A DNA stretch of 64,000 nt, from contig CAWFGE010000013.1 in NCBI GenBank assembly GCA_963815195.1, positions 992,001 to 1,056,000 of the forward strand. Direction: 5' to 3'. This stretch comes from an uncultured Planctomycetaceae bacterium. GTDB lineage: Bacteria > Planctomycetota > Planctomycetia > Planctomycetales > Planctomycetaceae. Each line of letters begins with the position of its first letter. Within the stretch, counting starts at the first letter, position 1. The notes under the pieces are model-generated. The model had not been told where the DNA came from. It ran no database searches and saw nothing but the letters and a program-made list of their open reading frames with translations. The position numbers and the translations under genes are program-made. Below, piece after piece: positions 1 to 10,049 of the stretch.

Positions 1-140
1 CGGGGGTCGTCGGGATTGTCCACGACGGCTTGCTTGAGCGGAGGAAACTTGGTCTTTTGAGCCCGGGCCGGTTCCCCTTCCGCGGACGCCCAGGAAACAC
101 CGCTCACCAAAATCAAACCAGCAGCCAGAAAGCGAAACAT
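1..140 (-). CDS. 5' part of an exported protein of unknown function (runs off the window start)
   Basis: ATG at 140 with GGAGG upstream; translates MFRFLAAGLILVSGVSWASAEGEPARAQKTKFPPLK..., a Sec-type signal peptide; no stop before base 1. Confidence 0.7.
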   Translation of the reverse strand, partial: MFRFLAAGLILVSGVSWASAEGEPARAQKTKFPPLKQAVVDNPDDP

Positions 141-347
141 GCGAGACCTCCCGTGAACAGCAAGAAGAGAAGAACGAACACAGCGGAGCCGCTGCCGAAG
201 CATTGAAACAGATCTTGATCGAGCAAAATCAGCATACCCACGAGTGCGCATCTCGGAAAGTCTCCGAGAGAAATCCTCGGAAAATCCCCTTGCCCGCCGA
301 TCGCCGCGGCATTTTGAAATGAAGTCCAAAAGCAAACGACAATTGCA

Positions 348-377
348 TTGACAGCCAATATATATTCAGGCAATATA
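348..377 (+). promoter_or_regulatory. Putative sigma70 -35 (TTGACA) followed by inverted repeat TATATT-N5-AATATA, candidate PadR operator
   Basis: TTGACA at 348-353; TATATT 361-366 / AATATA 372-377 in an AT-rich patch ~30 nt upstream of padR. Operator role is inference. Confidence 0.45.
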
Positions 378-408
378 AAGGCGCACAATCTATTCAAGGA
401 GCGGCGAG

Positions 409-762
409 ATGGAGACTTTGAATCCCGAACTGGTGCGGGGCAGCATCGACCTGATGGTTCTGTCGGTGCTCGCGGACGGGCCCAAGTACGGCTATTTGAT
501 TCAGCAGCGATTGCGGGAATCCAGCGGAGAACTGCTCGACCTGAAAGCGGGGACGCTGTATCCCATTTTGCATAAGCTGGAGCAGGCCAAGTTCGTCCGC
601 AGCAAATGGGACACCTCCACGGGCCGTCGCCGGAAGTGGTACGAATTGACCGCCGCCGGTCGCAAGCAACTGATCCACCGCGCCCAGCAATGGCAGAATT
701 ACGTGACCTGTTTGCAGTCGATTTTGAATCCCATCCTGACAACTCTCCCGCAGGGAACCTAG
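409..762 (+). CDS. PadR family transcriptional regulator (short subfamily)
   Basis: RGSIDLMVLSVL..GPKYGY, GTLYPILHKLE, RRRKWYELTAAG motifs; AAGGAG RBS. Confidence 0.93.
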   Translation: METLNPELVRGSIDLMVLSVLADGPKYGYLIQQRLRESSGELLDLKAGTLYPILHKLEQAKFVRSKWDTSTGRRRKWYELTAAGRKQLIHRAQQWQNYVTCLQSILNPILTTLPQGT

Positions 763-775
763 CGGATGCCCGAAC

Positions 776-2647
776 ATGCCTGAAGAAGATTTTGAGCTAT
801 TCCTGTCCCTTCTGAGCCAACTGTTGCGGTTGGATTCCCGCCAGAAGTCCGCGATCGCGGATGAACTCAGGGATCATCTGGAAGAGCGTCTTGGAGATCT
901 CGAAGAGCAGGGCGTCCCACGCAAAGAGGCCGTGCGAAAGGCTTTGGAAGAGTTCGGGGACGCCGCGGGCCTGGCTTCCCAATTCACATCACTCTCACAT
1001 CATCGGCGAAGGAGAATCCTCATGCGTTCCGCCCTGGCGACCGCTGTTTTGGCGGCTGTTGTGTTTCTGGGAATTTTCTTGTTCGGCCCCGCCGGTCCCC
1101 AGGGGCCGCCGCAGCAAGCCGCGGCCCAGGCGCCGAAGCAACCGCCGCCCGAGCAAGCCTCGCGCGAAAAGTCCCCGGAACTGCGATCCATCATGCCGGA
1201 GGCGCTGTTAAAGGAAATCGACGTGGAGTTTATCGACACGCCGCTGCTCGATGCGGTCGATTATCTCAGCGATGCGACCAAAATGCCGGCTTTCATCGAT
1301 GAAAAGGCATTGGCGGCCCGGGAAATTGCACTAAAAGTGCCCATCACGTTTCTGGCGTCTAAAACGCCGGTTAATTTGATCCTCAACCGCATGTTGAAGC
1401 CTTTGAAGCTGGCGTGGTACAGCAAGAACGGCATGCTCTTTATCACCACGCGCATCGCGGAAGAGGATATACTCTTTACGAAGTATTATCCCGTGAAGCC
1501 GATTCTCGACCTTGGCTTTTCGCAGCAGCAATTGGTGAACCTTGTCCAAAACATGACCAGCGGACCTTGGGTGGACGTGGACGGGACCGGCGGAGTGATG
1601 TTGTTCATTGGTCAGATGCTCGCCGTTCGGCAAACGTTCCACGACCAGTTGGAAGTCGAAGAATTGCTCGCCGGTCTGATGAAATCGACTCAACCGATCG
1701 TGCGGCTGGAACCGAAGGAAAATGTGAAATTGCGCAAGGCACTTTCATCGCCAGTTCAGGTGGAGTTCATTGATACGCCCCTTAAAGATGCCGCAGAGTT
1801 TTTGAGCGAGTTCGCGAAAGTCCCTGTCGTCATGGATAAGGTGACTCTTGAGGATGAGGGGATTGGCCTCGATGCTCCCGTCAATCTGACTCTGAAAGGC
1901 AAGACGCTTCAAACCACCCTCGCATTGATGCTGCGTCCCTTGTCTGCCGAACCGGTGCTTGAAGACGGCACGATTCTCATCACGACAACGATCGAGGCGG
2001 AGGAGCATCTGACGACAGTGATTTACAACGTCAAAGACATCGCCGATTCCGCGAGCGCCATGAACCAACTGCAGGAAGCGATTCTCACGGTCACAAGAGG
2101 ACCGTGGGTGAATGTTGATGGCGTTGGCGGGATGATTTCATGGGTTCCGTCCGGAACGTTGGTCGTTCGGCAAACGGAACCGGTCCATCAGGAAATTCAA
2201 AAGCTCTTGGAGAACCTGCGGAAGTCCGGCGGCGCGGTGAAACTTCAACCGCAGCCTTCGCAAGTTTACACCGGAATGTACCGCATGAATGCCGACATGG
2301 CGGAAGACCTGCTGACTGCGCTCCCGGAGTTGATCGCGCCCGGCACCTGGCAAACGGATAAGGCCAACGGGCCCGGCACGATTCGGAAAGTGGCGGCCGG
2401 CCAATCCTCCGTCAAACCTCCCGCAGAGAAAAACCAACCGGAGAAAAAGGCCGCGGAGCAACCCGCTGCCAAACCGCCGGCCAAAAAAGCCGAGCCGGAA
2501 CCCCAATACATCGTCGTGCCGCAAGCGGTGCTCGTTATCCGCCAGACTCGGGAAGCCCACCGGGAAATCGAGCAATTTCTCATGGCGTTATTGCCGCCGG
2601 AGGAGAGAACCTTCCCAACCGGCCGCGCCCGCTTTTCATTTCCGTGA
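776..2647 (+). CDS. Membrane-anchored protein: N-terminal HAAS/permease-prefix-like domain, one TM helix, two STN/secretin-N-like periplasmic repeats
   Basis: N-term IADELRDHLEE...EAVRKALEEFGD; TM segment ALATAVLAAVVFLGIFLF; internal duplication VEFIDTPLxDA...GPWVxVDGxGG; 13 nt after the padR stop. Confidence 0.75.
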   Translation: MPEEDFELFLSLLSQLLRLDSRQKSAIADELRDHLEERLGDLEEQGVPRKEAVRKALEEFGDAAGLASQFTSLSHHRRRRILMRSALATAVLAAVVFLGIFLFGPAGPQGPPQQAAAQAPKQPPPEQASREKSPELRSIMPEALLKEIDVEFIDTPLLDAVDYLSDATKMPAFIDEKALAAREIALKVPITFLASKTPVNLILNRMLKPLKLAWYSKNGMLFITTRIAEEDILFTKYYPVKPILDLGFSQQQLVNLVQNMTSGPWVDVDGTGGVMLFIGQMLAVRQTFHDQLEVEELLAGLMKSTQPIVRLEPKENVKLRKALSSPVQVEFIDTPLKDAAEFLSEFAKVPVVMDKVTLEDEGIGLDAPVNLTLKGKTLQTTLALMLRPLSAEPVLEDGTILITTTIEAEEHLTTVIYNVKDIADSASAMNQLQEAILTVTRGPWVNVDGVGGMISWVPSGTLVVRQTEPVHQEIQKLLENLRKSGGAVKLQPQPSQVYTGMYRMNADMAEDLLTALPELIAPGTWQTDKANGPGTIRKVAAGQSSVKPPAEKNQPEKKAAEQPAAKPPAKKAEPEPQYIVVPQAVLVIRQTREAHREIEQFLMALLPPEERTFPTGRARFSFP

Positions 2648-2679
2648 CCCCGCGATTTTTCGAGATGTTCATCATTCTC

Positions 2680-5600
2680 TCAGCGCGAATCGAGAGGCAG
2701 GTTGATCCATTTATCGGGATATTTCTTTTGGAGGTCGGCTTTGGCTTCCGGCGTGACGTTCGTGCCTTCGAGCGAAAGCTGTTTGAGGTTGGGGAGAGCC
2801 GCCAACTTGCGGGCCGCCTCGTCGGTCATTCGGCAATTTTGAATCATCAGGCTCTCCAGCCCATTAAAGCTGATCAGAGTGGGAACGCTCGCATCGGTAA
2901 TCGTTCGATTTTCATCGGCCGTGCCGTGCAAATACAGTTGGCGGAGCTCCGTAAGCGGCTTGAGTTTTTCGACGGCCTTATCGGTCAAGGGAACCCGTTG
3001 CAGATCCAACTCTTCCAAATTCGTCAGTTTCGCGAGATCAGGTGCGATTTTGTCGGTAAGTTTTCCTTTGCCGCGACCGATCCACAGCGATTTCAGCAAT
3101 TTCAAATTCGACAAATACGGCACGCCGGCGTCCGTAAAGTGATTCCCCTGGAGCGAAAGTTTTTCCAGATTCGGGAGTCCTCCGAAAACTTTCAGCGTCC
3201 CATCGCTGATGGGAGAATTGCCGATGTGGATGTTTTTCAGCTTTGTCAACTTTGCGAGATGTTGCGTGCCCGCGTCCGTGAGTTTATGGGCGTCCCAGAC
3301 AAAGAAGACCTCCAGTTCCGGGAGTTCCGCGACGAATCGCATGCTCTTGTCCGTGGCCTGGCCTTCCTTCAGGAGCAACTGCTTGAGCCGGGGGAATTTC
3401 GGCATCCATTGGAGCGCCGCGTCCGTCTCCGCCTGGTCGTTGTCGTAGCGAACTTTGTCCTTCGTGTAGTAATAGACCATGTTGACTTCGACGACGTGTT
3501 TCTCATCATCGAGTTCGTACCATCCGCCGAGCCTGCGAATGGCCGCCGCGGCTTCGCGTTCTTCGGGGACAGGAATCGACAACCGCACCGGCGAGAACTT
3601 TTGCTTCTTGCGAGGCGGTTCCTCGAGCACCTTGAAGTCCAGCACGACCAGTTCCCCCTCTTTGACTTCGATGCCTTCGCGGGATTTCTCAGCGTCTTCC
3701 GTTCGTGTCCAGACTTCGGAGGTCATGATGTAGGGGAAGTTTTTTCCGGGACCGACGCGAAGCCCGAAGCGGCCATTCTTATCCACAAGAGCCGAAACGA
3801 CGGCGGCTCCCGATTTCGGCCGGGCCGGACCATAGGCTGCGACTCTAAGCGATCTGCCGTCCCATTCGGAAATCGGCTTTCCCGTTTTGGCCTCCGTAAT
3901 CCGTCCCTCCAACCAGCCGCCTTCCACGAGCGAGATGTTCTGGTTGGAGTAAGTCTTTCCCGCTTCGACTTCCAAAGAATCAATCGCAATGCACGTCCGC
4001 TTCTCCGCATCCGCCCAGATGTTGTACTTCCCGGCCGCGACGGATGTGAGCCGATAGCGGCCCTCCGCATTCGTTTTGGTGTTGTGATAACCATTCGTAG
4101 AATCTATTCCTTGCATTGCGACTCTTACATTCACAGCCGGCTTGCCGGTTACTTTGTCGGTGACTTGCCCCTCGATCACGGCGGCGGCTTTTAGCGTCAC
4201 ATCGACGGTGGAGGGAATCTTGGTATAGGCGAGGCGTTCCAGGCCGAAATCCGGATGGCGAACGCTGAAAGAACAGCTAGTGACGACTAAAGACTCGCTC
4301 TCGTTCAGTTTTTGCGGCTTCTCTTTGGCTGCGTCCCAGACGGCCACGTCCGTCAGCGAGTAATTGCCGTCCGCATCTGTCGTGTCGCTGAGGACGCCTT
4401 TGATAGGTTGTTCATATGGATAACAAGGAAGATACACCTCTGCCCCTTTGACCGGCCGGCCCTTGTCATCGATCACGCGTCCCGAAAGCGTTCCCGCTTC
4501 GGGCATCTCGACGGAGATATTCTGCGTCGTCTCCCTCGATGACATATAGGGGTTCAAATGCGAGGTCCGTCCGGGCTTTGTCGCGGCGAGCAGGTAATAC
4601 GTCTCATAATAAGATCTCCTTCGATGCAGGAGGATTGCGAGCTTCGGTACGGAACCGGAGCCGGCAGTTTCTCGAACTGAAACTTCCCGGCCGCGTCCGT
4701 TTTGGACTCTTTTACCAACTCGCGCGTGAGGTTCAATGAATCCACGCGAAACAGCCGCACGCGAACGCCTTCCAACGGATGTTTCTCTTCGTCCGTGCAT
4801 GTGCCGTTGATGGCGTACTGCTTCGTGGGCTCGGCTTTCTCTTGTTGGTTGTTGCCGGCCTTCGCCTTTACTTCTTGCCGGGGCTTGTTTGCATTGGATC
4901 CCGGCTCGGAAGGGTTCGGCGTTTGAGCGCTGGTCAAACCGCAGGCGGCTAGGGCCAATAAAATGGTTGCCCCCAAGAGCGAATGCTTCCAGGTCGATTT
5001 CCGGTACGTGGCGATCATGTTGATCCTCCGGTGGAGTAAACGAGGAGAGCCAGCCGCGCTCACGAGGGCGGCTGGCGGTCGGCGGGCGATGTTGCGGGAC
5101 GCCAGGTTCACGACGAGTTCCCCGTAGGGCCGGGCGTGGCCGGGTCCGAGATGAGACAAAACGGCCGCGTCGCAGGCAAGTTCTCTCGCATCCCGCAATC
5201 GTAAAAGTGCCCACCAAGCGGCCGGGTTGAACCAGTGCACGGCGGCGAGAACGGCAGCCAGTTGATCCCAAAGCACGTCTAGCCGGCGGACGTGGCTCAT
5301 CTCGTGCAGAAACACCATCTCCAATTCGCTGGGATCGAGAGAATGGATCGAGCGATTTCGGCAGCACGATGCTCGGCCGAAATAATCCCAGCGTGGCCGG
5401 ACCGATCGGGCGATCGGATTGCAATAATCGCACCCGCCGCCGAATCCCAAATCGGCATCGGTAGTCTTCCAACACCTGAAGGATCTGCTCGTCGGTGACG
5501 TCCTCCCAAGCTGCCTTCAGAGCCAATAAACGCCGCCATCGGAAACATTGTCTCACCAGCAGCATGGCCGCAACGATTCCCCAAACGCCGATCCCCGCCC

Positions 5601-6069
5601 CCCACAACAGATCGCTCGATTGAAACTGAGCGGGGCCGTCTTCGGCTGGTTCGTCGGCCGAAGCAATTGGTTTTTGCGGAGCAGTGGAATCGTCACGCGG
5701 CGGCGAGGAAATATCTTGCGGAACCGCCGATCGGGAGGATGCCGTTTCTGGCGATGTCTCGGAGGGCGGTGGGAAATCGCCTTCCCGCGAAGGAGCAAGT
5801 TTCACTTCGGCGGGCGTTGGCTTATTGGCGACGGAGGTTTTCTGATCGGAAGCCGCCAGAAGGTTCCAAACGCTCAAAGGGCTGGCAGGCAGCAGCGGAC
5901 AGGCGAACCGCACGAACACGAGGCCCCATAACATGAATTGCCAATGGGGACTGATCCGGGAACCCGCGAGCCGGCAGAGGGCCGCGATCGCCAAGGCAAG
6001 AAGCCCCGCTTGCCAACAGGCGGTCAAAAACAGCAGGCCGACTTGTGCTTCGATTGGGGAGGCTGCCAT
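2680..6069 (-). CDS. BlaR1/MecR1-like M56 peptidase fused to carboxypeptidase-regulatory-like (Cna-B-type) domains and C-terminal leucine-rich repeats; two compensating frameshifts (~5349, ~4620)
   Basis: M56 N-term (WQAGLLAL..WQFMLWGLVFVRF..GPATLGLFRPSIVLP). HEMSH zinc motif and HWFNPAAW..RELACD lie in the alternate frame (ORF 4554-5450). GRVIDDKGRPVKGAEV-type repeats; LRRs such as LPNLEKLSLQGNHFTDAG. Confidence 0.85.
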   Translation of the reverse strand: MAASPIEAQVGLLFLTACWQAGLLALAIAALCRLAGSRISPHWQFMLWGLVFVRFACPLLPASPLSVWNLLAASDQKTSVANKPTPAEVKLAPSREGDFPPPSETSPETASSRSAVPQDISSPPRDDSTAPQKPIASADEPAEDGPAQFQSSDLLWGAGIGVWGIVAAMLLVRQCFRWRRLLALKAAWEDVTDEQILQVLEDYRCRFGIRRRVRLLQSDRPIGPATLGLFRPSIVLPKSLDPFSRSQRIGDGVSARDEPRPPARRALGSTGCRSRRRALVQPGRLVGTFTIAGCERTCLRRGRFVSSRTRPRPALRGTRREPGVPQHRPPTASRPRERGWLSSFTPPEDQHDRHVPEIDLEAFALGGNHFIGPSRLRFDQRSNAEPFRAGIQCKQAPARSKGEGRQQPTRESRAHEAVRHQRHMHGRRETSVGRRSRAAVSRGFIEPHARVGKRVQNGRGREVSVRETAGSGSVPKLAILLHRRRSYYETYYLLAATKPGRTSHLNPYMSSRETTQNISVEMPEAGTLSGRVIDDKGRPVKGAEVYLPCYPYEQPIKGVLSDTTDADGNYSLTDVAVWDAAKEKPQKLNESESLVVTSCSFSVRHPDFGLERLAYTKIPSTVDVTLKAAAVIEGQVTDKVTGKPAVNVRVAMQGIDSTNGYHNTKTNAEGRYRLTSVAAGKYNIWADAEKRTCIAIDSLEVEAGKTYSNQNISLVEGGWLEGRITEAKTGKPISEWDGRSLRVAAYGPARPKSGAAVVSALVDKNGRFGLRVGPGKNFPYIMTSEVWTRTEDAEKSREGIEVKEGELVVLDFKVLEEPPRKKQKFSPVRLSIPVPEEREAAAAIRRLGGWYELDDEKHVVEVNMVYYYTKDKVRYDNDQAETDAALQWMPKFPRLKQLLLKEGQATDKSMRFVAELPELEVFFVWDAHKLTDAGTQHLAKLTKLKNIHIGNSPISDGTLKVFGGLPNLEKLSLQGNHFTDAGVPYLSNLKLLKSLWIGRGKGKLTDKIAPDLAKLTNLEELDLQRVPLTDKAVEKLKPLTELRQLYLHGTADENRTITDASVPTLISFNGLESLMIQNCRMTDEAARKLAALPNLKQLSLEGTNVTPEAKADLQKKYPDKWINLPLDSR

Positions 6070-6075
6070 GAGCGG

Positions 6076-6456
6076 TTACTCCTTGTCCTCGAGTTTCTGA
6101 TCCAGAAGCTGTTTGAGTTGCTCAATCTGCTCGGCCGAGATGTCCGAGGACTGCACAAAGTGGACCAGCAATTCGGCCGGGTCTCCCTCGAAGATTTTCT
6201 GCAAGAAATTCTGCCCGGCTTGCCGCACACAGCGTTTGCGCGACGCCCGCGCGCGATACCGATGCCGGTGTCCCTCCTCTTCGGCCGCGAGGACTCCCTT
6301 TTGCACCAGGCGGGACAACAGCGTCCGCACCGTGCGGTGGCTCCAGCCCGTCCGCGGCGTGAGGCGTTCGATCACATCCGCCGCCGTCGCCGTGCCCAGC
6401 GCCCACACAACCTGCATCACGTCCCACTCGGCATCGCTGATTCGATATTCCGGCAT
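6076..6456 (-). CDS. BlaI/MecI/CopY family repressor
   Basis: ISDAEWDVMQVVW, WSHRTVRTLLSRLVQKG, IFEGDPAELLVHFV; ATG 6456 with GAGGGG RBS; directly upstream of the M56 gene. Confidence 0.93.
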   Translation of the reverse strand: MPEYRISDAEWDVMQVVWALGTATAADVIERLTPRTGWSHRTVRTLLSRLVQKGVLAAEEEGHRHRYRARASRKRCVRQAGQNFLQKIFEGDPAELLVHFVQSSDISAEQIEQLKQLLDQKLEDKE

Positions 6457-6468
6457 GGCTCCCCTCAC

Positions 6469-6486
6469 TGACTACATGTGTAAGCA
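6469..6486. promoter_or_regulatory. BlaI/CopY-type operator TACA-N2-TGTA
   Basis: TGACTACATGTGTAAGCA, core TACATGTGTA at 6473-6482, just upstream of the blaI RBS; a second half-site TGTAATC at ~6502. Confidence 0.75.
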
Positions 6487-6693
6487 TCAAGTTACCACGC
6501 CTGTAATCACATGTCAATTTCGGCTTGGGGATTAAATTGAGAAATTTTGGTTGCGTTCGGCCGGGCGCAGGACTTCCGCGGCGGGAAATACGACCGCCGC
6601 GCCCGCGCAACCTGGATCGAGCCGGATGCGGTTTTGGAAACCATCGTGGGGCAGACGCGCGCACCGGCCTCGGGTTGGCCCGCTCGCCTGAAA

Positions 6694-7857
6694 TTACGGG
6701 GCGGGAATGGCCGGCGGAACCCAGGAAAAGTAATACATCGCCTGCGGAACGGAAGCATCGAGCCGCGCTTGCTGCCGGCCTTCGGGCGATTGGGCCTTGC
6801 CGTAGCCGAGCAGCATTTCCCACAGCGAAAACGGCGACTGGTATTTCACCACGCGCACCTCGTCCAATCCGAGCTTTTCTTGCAGCTTGTCGAGCGCATC
6901 TTCCTCGAAGCCGATCTCATCCACCAACCCGGTGGACAGCGCCGACGCCGCCGTGAAAATCCGCCCTGTCGCGAGGTTGGTCTGCTTGTCCTTGGGGACC
7001 TTGGTGGATACCAGTTCCCAGTAATTCGGCACGACCTCGGGATCGTCCTCGGCCGTGGGCTTCTGGGTTTCGCGGATGGTCAAATTCGGCCGATTGTCGC
7101 CGACCACGTGGAGGAACCTGGAAAACGATTCGTTCAGAATCCCGCCCCAAATCTGCCGCTCCTCGGACGAGAGTTCGTGGAACGGACTCAGGGCATCTTT
7201 GAACTTCCCGGTCTTCAGCGGGACGGATTTGATGTTCCAATTGTCCGCCAGCCCGCTGACGTCGTAGCGAGGGATAATCACGCCGATCGATCCGGTCCAG
7301 GTCGTGGGCTCGGCGAAGATGCGGCCTTCGGGCCCCGCGCCCATCGCGATGTAATAACCCCCGGACGCCGCCAGACGTTTCATCGCGACAAACACCGGCT
7401 TTTTGTGCTCCTCGTGCAGCTTTTTTAGATGGTGGTAGATCTGGTGGCTGTCCGCCACGAGTCCGCCGGGGCTGTCGATCGTCAGCAGGACGCCTTTCAC
7501 GTCGTCGTCGTCTTTGGCCTGCTTGATTTCCCGCAGCACGCGCTCGGTCAAAGGCGGCATGATCGTGCCTTCGACACGGATGATCGCAATTTTGTCCGAT
7601 GCCGTCGCCGACCCGGAATGGAACTTCTCGATCGGCTTGTTCCCCGAGGCGAAGTAGTCGGCAAATTTTTCATACAACACAAAATTCGCCACCACGGAAA
7701 TCAAGAGCGCCAAAACCAGAATCCGCACGATCCACTGGCGTTTTTTGGGTCCGGCGGGCGGATGCCGTTTGTCCGGCGGCGGCGGGGGATTGGGTGGAAC
7801 CTGTTTCGAGGCAGAGGGTTCCGGCGAAGGAGGCGGTTGGGAAGGATTCTCGGTCAT
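6694..7857 (-). CDS. sppA: Signal peptide peptidase SppA (S49, 36K type)
   Basis: IDSPGG, AASGGYYIA, TGSIGVI, KTGKFKD, GRIFTA..A..GLVDEIG; N-terminal TM; start at ATG 7857. Confidence 0.92.
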   Translation of the reverse strand: MTENPSQPPPSPEPSASKQVPPNPPPPPDKRHPPAGPKKRQWIVRILVLALLISVVANFVLYEKFADYFASGNKPIEKFHSGSATASDKIAIIRVEGTIMPPLTERVLREIKQAKDDDDVKGVLLTIDSPGGLVADSHQIYHHLKKLHEEHKKPVFVAMKRLAASGGYYIAMGAGPEGRIFAEPTTWTGSIGVIIPRYDVSGLADNWNIKSVPLKTGKFKDALSPFHELSSEERQIWGGILNESFSRFLHVVGDNRPNLTIRETQKPTAEDDPEVVPNYWELVSTKVPKDKQTNLATGRIFTAASALSTGLVDEIGFEEDALDKLQEKLGLDEVRVVKYQSPFSLWEMLLGYGKAQSPEGRQQARLDASVPQAMYYFSWVPPAIPAP

Positions 7858-8133
7858 GGAAAATTGGCAAGCCTTGGTCAAGCAGTGAAAAGGGGGCGAA
7901 TGTTCCGGATATAGGCGACGCACCGCCTGGAAATGCCCGGGAAACCCGCCTCGCCGTCAAACTCTCCGCTCGGGAGGACGATAACAGGAAGGGCTGGATC
8001 GATTGCCGGGACTTTAGCGATTATTTCACTTGGCCGGATCGAACGCAACAATCGGCCGCGAAACACGAGCGTGGCGCACGGCCTTTCCAGGAATCTCTGA
8101 TCAGAGGCAAGGATTTTTAGGAGATCACGGGGC

Positions 8134-9970
8134 ATGAAACGCTGGACGATTCACAAAACGGGAAAGGTGATTCTTTCCACCGCGACGGGGTTTTGCCTTT
8201 GGACGTCGTCCGTCTCGTTCGGCCAGGAGCCCGAGCCGCCGGTCAACGAAATCCAGCGCCGGCTGCAGGAACTCTATTCCCGCGATGGCGGGAAGATGCC
8301 GTCCATGAACATGGAGAACCTGCCCAAGACGCTGCCCAACGGCCAGCAACCGGTCATGCCGACTTTTCGGCGCCCGGTCGCATCGCATCAAAATCCGCAA
8401 CCGCCCGCGATGCCGCCGCAGCATCAACAGCCGCAACGGCCCGTGATGCCGTCGCAGCACCAACAAACACAACCGCAGCCGCCGCAGAACGCGGGGCTTT
8501 TCGGGCGGATGTTCCCGCACCAAAACGCCGCACCGGCTTCGCCCCACGTTCCGACGCAGCACACGGTTGAACACTTCCAAGAGACCCATCAGCAGCGGGC
8601 GTTGCCTCCGGCTCCGCACCGGGCCGTGCGATCAAATCCTCCGCAAGCGGTGGCTCTCCCGCAAACGCCCGGCCATCCGCAGCCGTCGGCCGTTGGAATT
8701 CGCGCCCCCATCACGGGCACGACACCGGCGTTGAGCACGGCCGATGTCGCCCATCAATCGCCCCAGATTGTGCCCCGGGCGCTCTATCCGACCGATGAGC
8801 CGGCCCCGCCCGTGCCCGCGATCAAGTCGGCTCCCAACGACCAGCCCGTCGCCTCGAAGAATTCCGGAAAGCCGGAGGTCGTCCCGCGGACGGCCGCGTT
8901 CCCGGACGAAGTCCCGCTCCACAAGGCGTCGGAGATGACGCAGCGGCATCCGTTTGCTAGCCGGGAAGAACCGGAGGAACCGAGCTTCGAAATGCCCACG
9001 ATGGTGCATCCCGAGCCCGATTCCGAAAAATCCAAAGCCGCGGTCGTGCTCTCGCCGCCGATTGCGGAACCGGACCAAGCCCAGCCCCAAGCGCGGGGAA
9101 TCTTCAATCCCTTCGCCGAAGACGAGCACGCGAAAACGCCGGCCAAACCGCAAACCCGCTCGGTGGCCAGGCAGGAACCGCCCAGACCGGCGGTGACAAT
9201 CGAGAACCCGTTCGACGATCTCTCAAACCGGGCCATCCCCAAAGCGAAACCCGTCCAGGAGGCGCCCGAAACCGGCGGCGGCGACGAACCCGTTTGACGG
9301 CTTCGCAAACCGGGCCGTCCCGCAAGCCAAACCCGTCGCCAAACAGGAACCGCCCAAGCCCGAGGCGAAGACGGAAAATCCCTTTGAGAATTTCCCGAAT
9401 CAGCCCGTCGCCGAAGCGAAGCGGGTCGCCAAACAGGAACGGCCTAACCCCGCGGCGCAACCCCAACCGGCCGGACCCTTGGGCAATCCGTTCGAAGTCA
9501 TTGGGCAGACCGCCGCGAGTCCCCAACCCGCGGAGTCCCATCAAAAGTTCGCCCTCCAGCTGCCCCCGGTGACGCCGGCCGCGCCGCATCACTCGCCGCA
9601 ACTCGGCCCGGAAGTTCCCGCCACTCTGGCCGCGATTCCCGCGAAGCCCGCGGGAATGGAAGGCTGCTGTCCGGTGACGCTTCGCGACCGCCGGGTAATG
9701 GTGCCCGGAAAGGCCGAGCACGCGACCGAATGGCAGGGCGTCACCTATCGGTTCGCCTCCGCCCAGGCCCAGGCCGAATTTGAAGCCCAGCCGGAGCATT
9801 ACGCTCCCGCGAAAGGCGGTCAGGACGTGATTCTGCTGGCCGACTCGGGCCAAAACGTCCCCGGGACGCTCGAGCACGCCGTCTGGTATCACCATCAACT
9901 CTACCTGTTCCAAAGCAGCCAGACGATGGAAGCCTTTAGCGCCAGTCCGGAAAAATACTGCGAACAATAA
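8134..9970 (+). CDS. Exported Pro/Gln-rich protein with NPF-containing repeats and C-terminal tandem YHS-like domain; frameshift ~9288
   Basis: Signal peptide; ORF 8134-9297 continues in the frame of ORF 9479-9970; C-term GCCPVTL...YRFAS...F.AQPEHYAP...LYLF.S..M.AF.ASPEKY. Confidence 0.7.
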
Positions 9971-9994
9971 CGGTCCATTAGAAATCCCGTTTCC

Positions 9995-10037
9995 AAAAAA
10001 AACCTCGCCGCGGTTCGAACCCGGGCGAGGTTTTTTT
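9995..10037. terminator. Bidirectional intrinsic terminator
   Basis: AAAAAAAACCTCGCC...GGCGAGGTTTTTTT between convergent genes. Confidence 0.85.
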
Positions 10038-10049
10038 GATCCGGCGATC

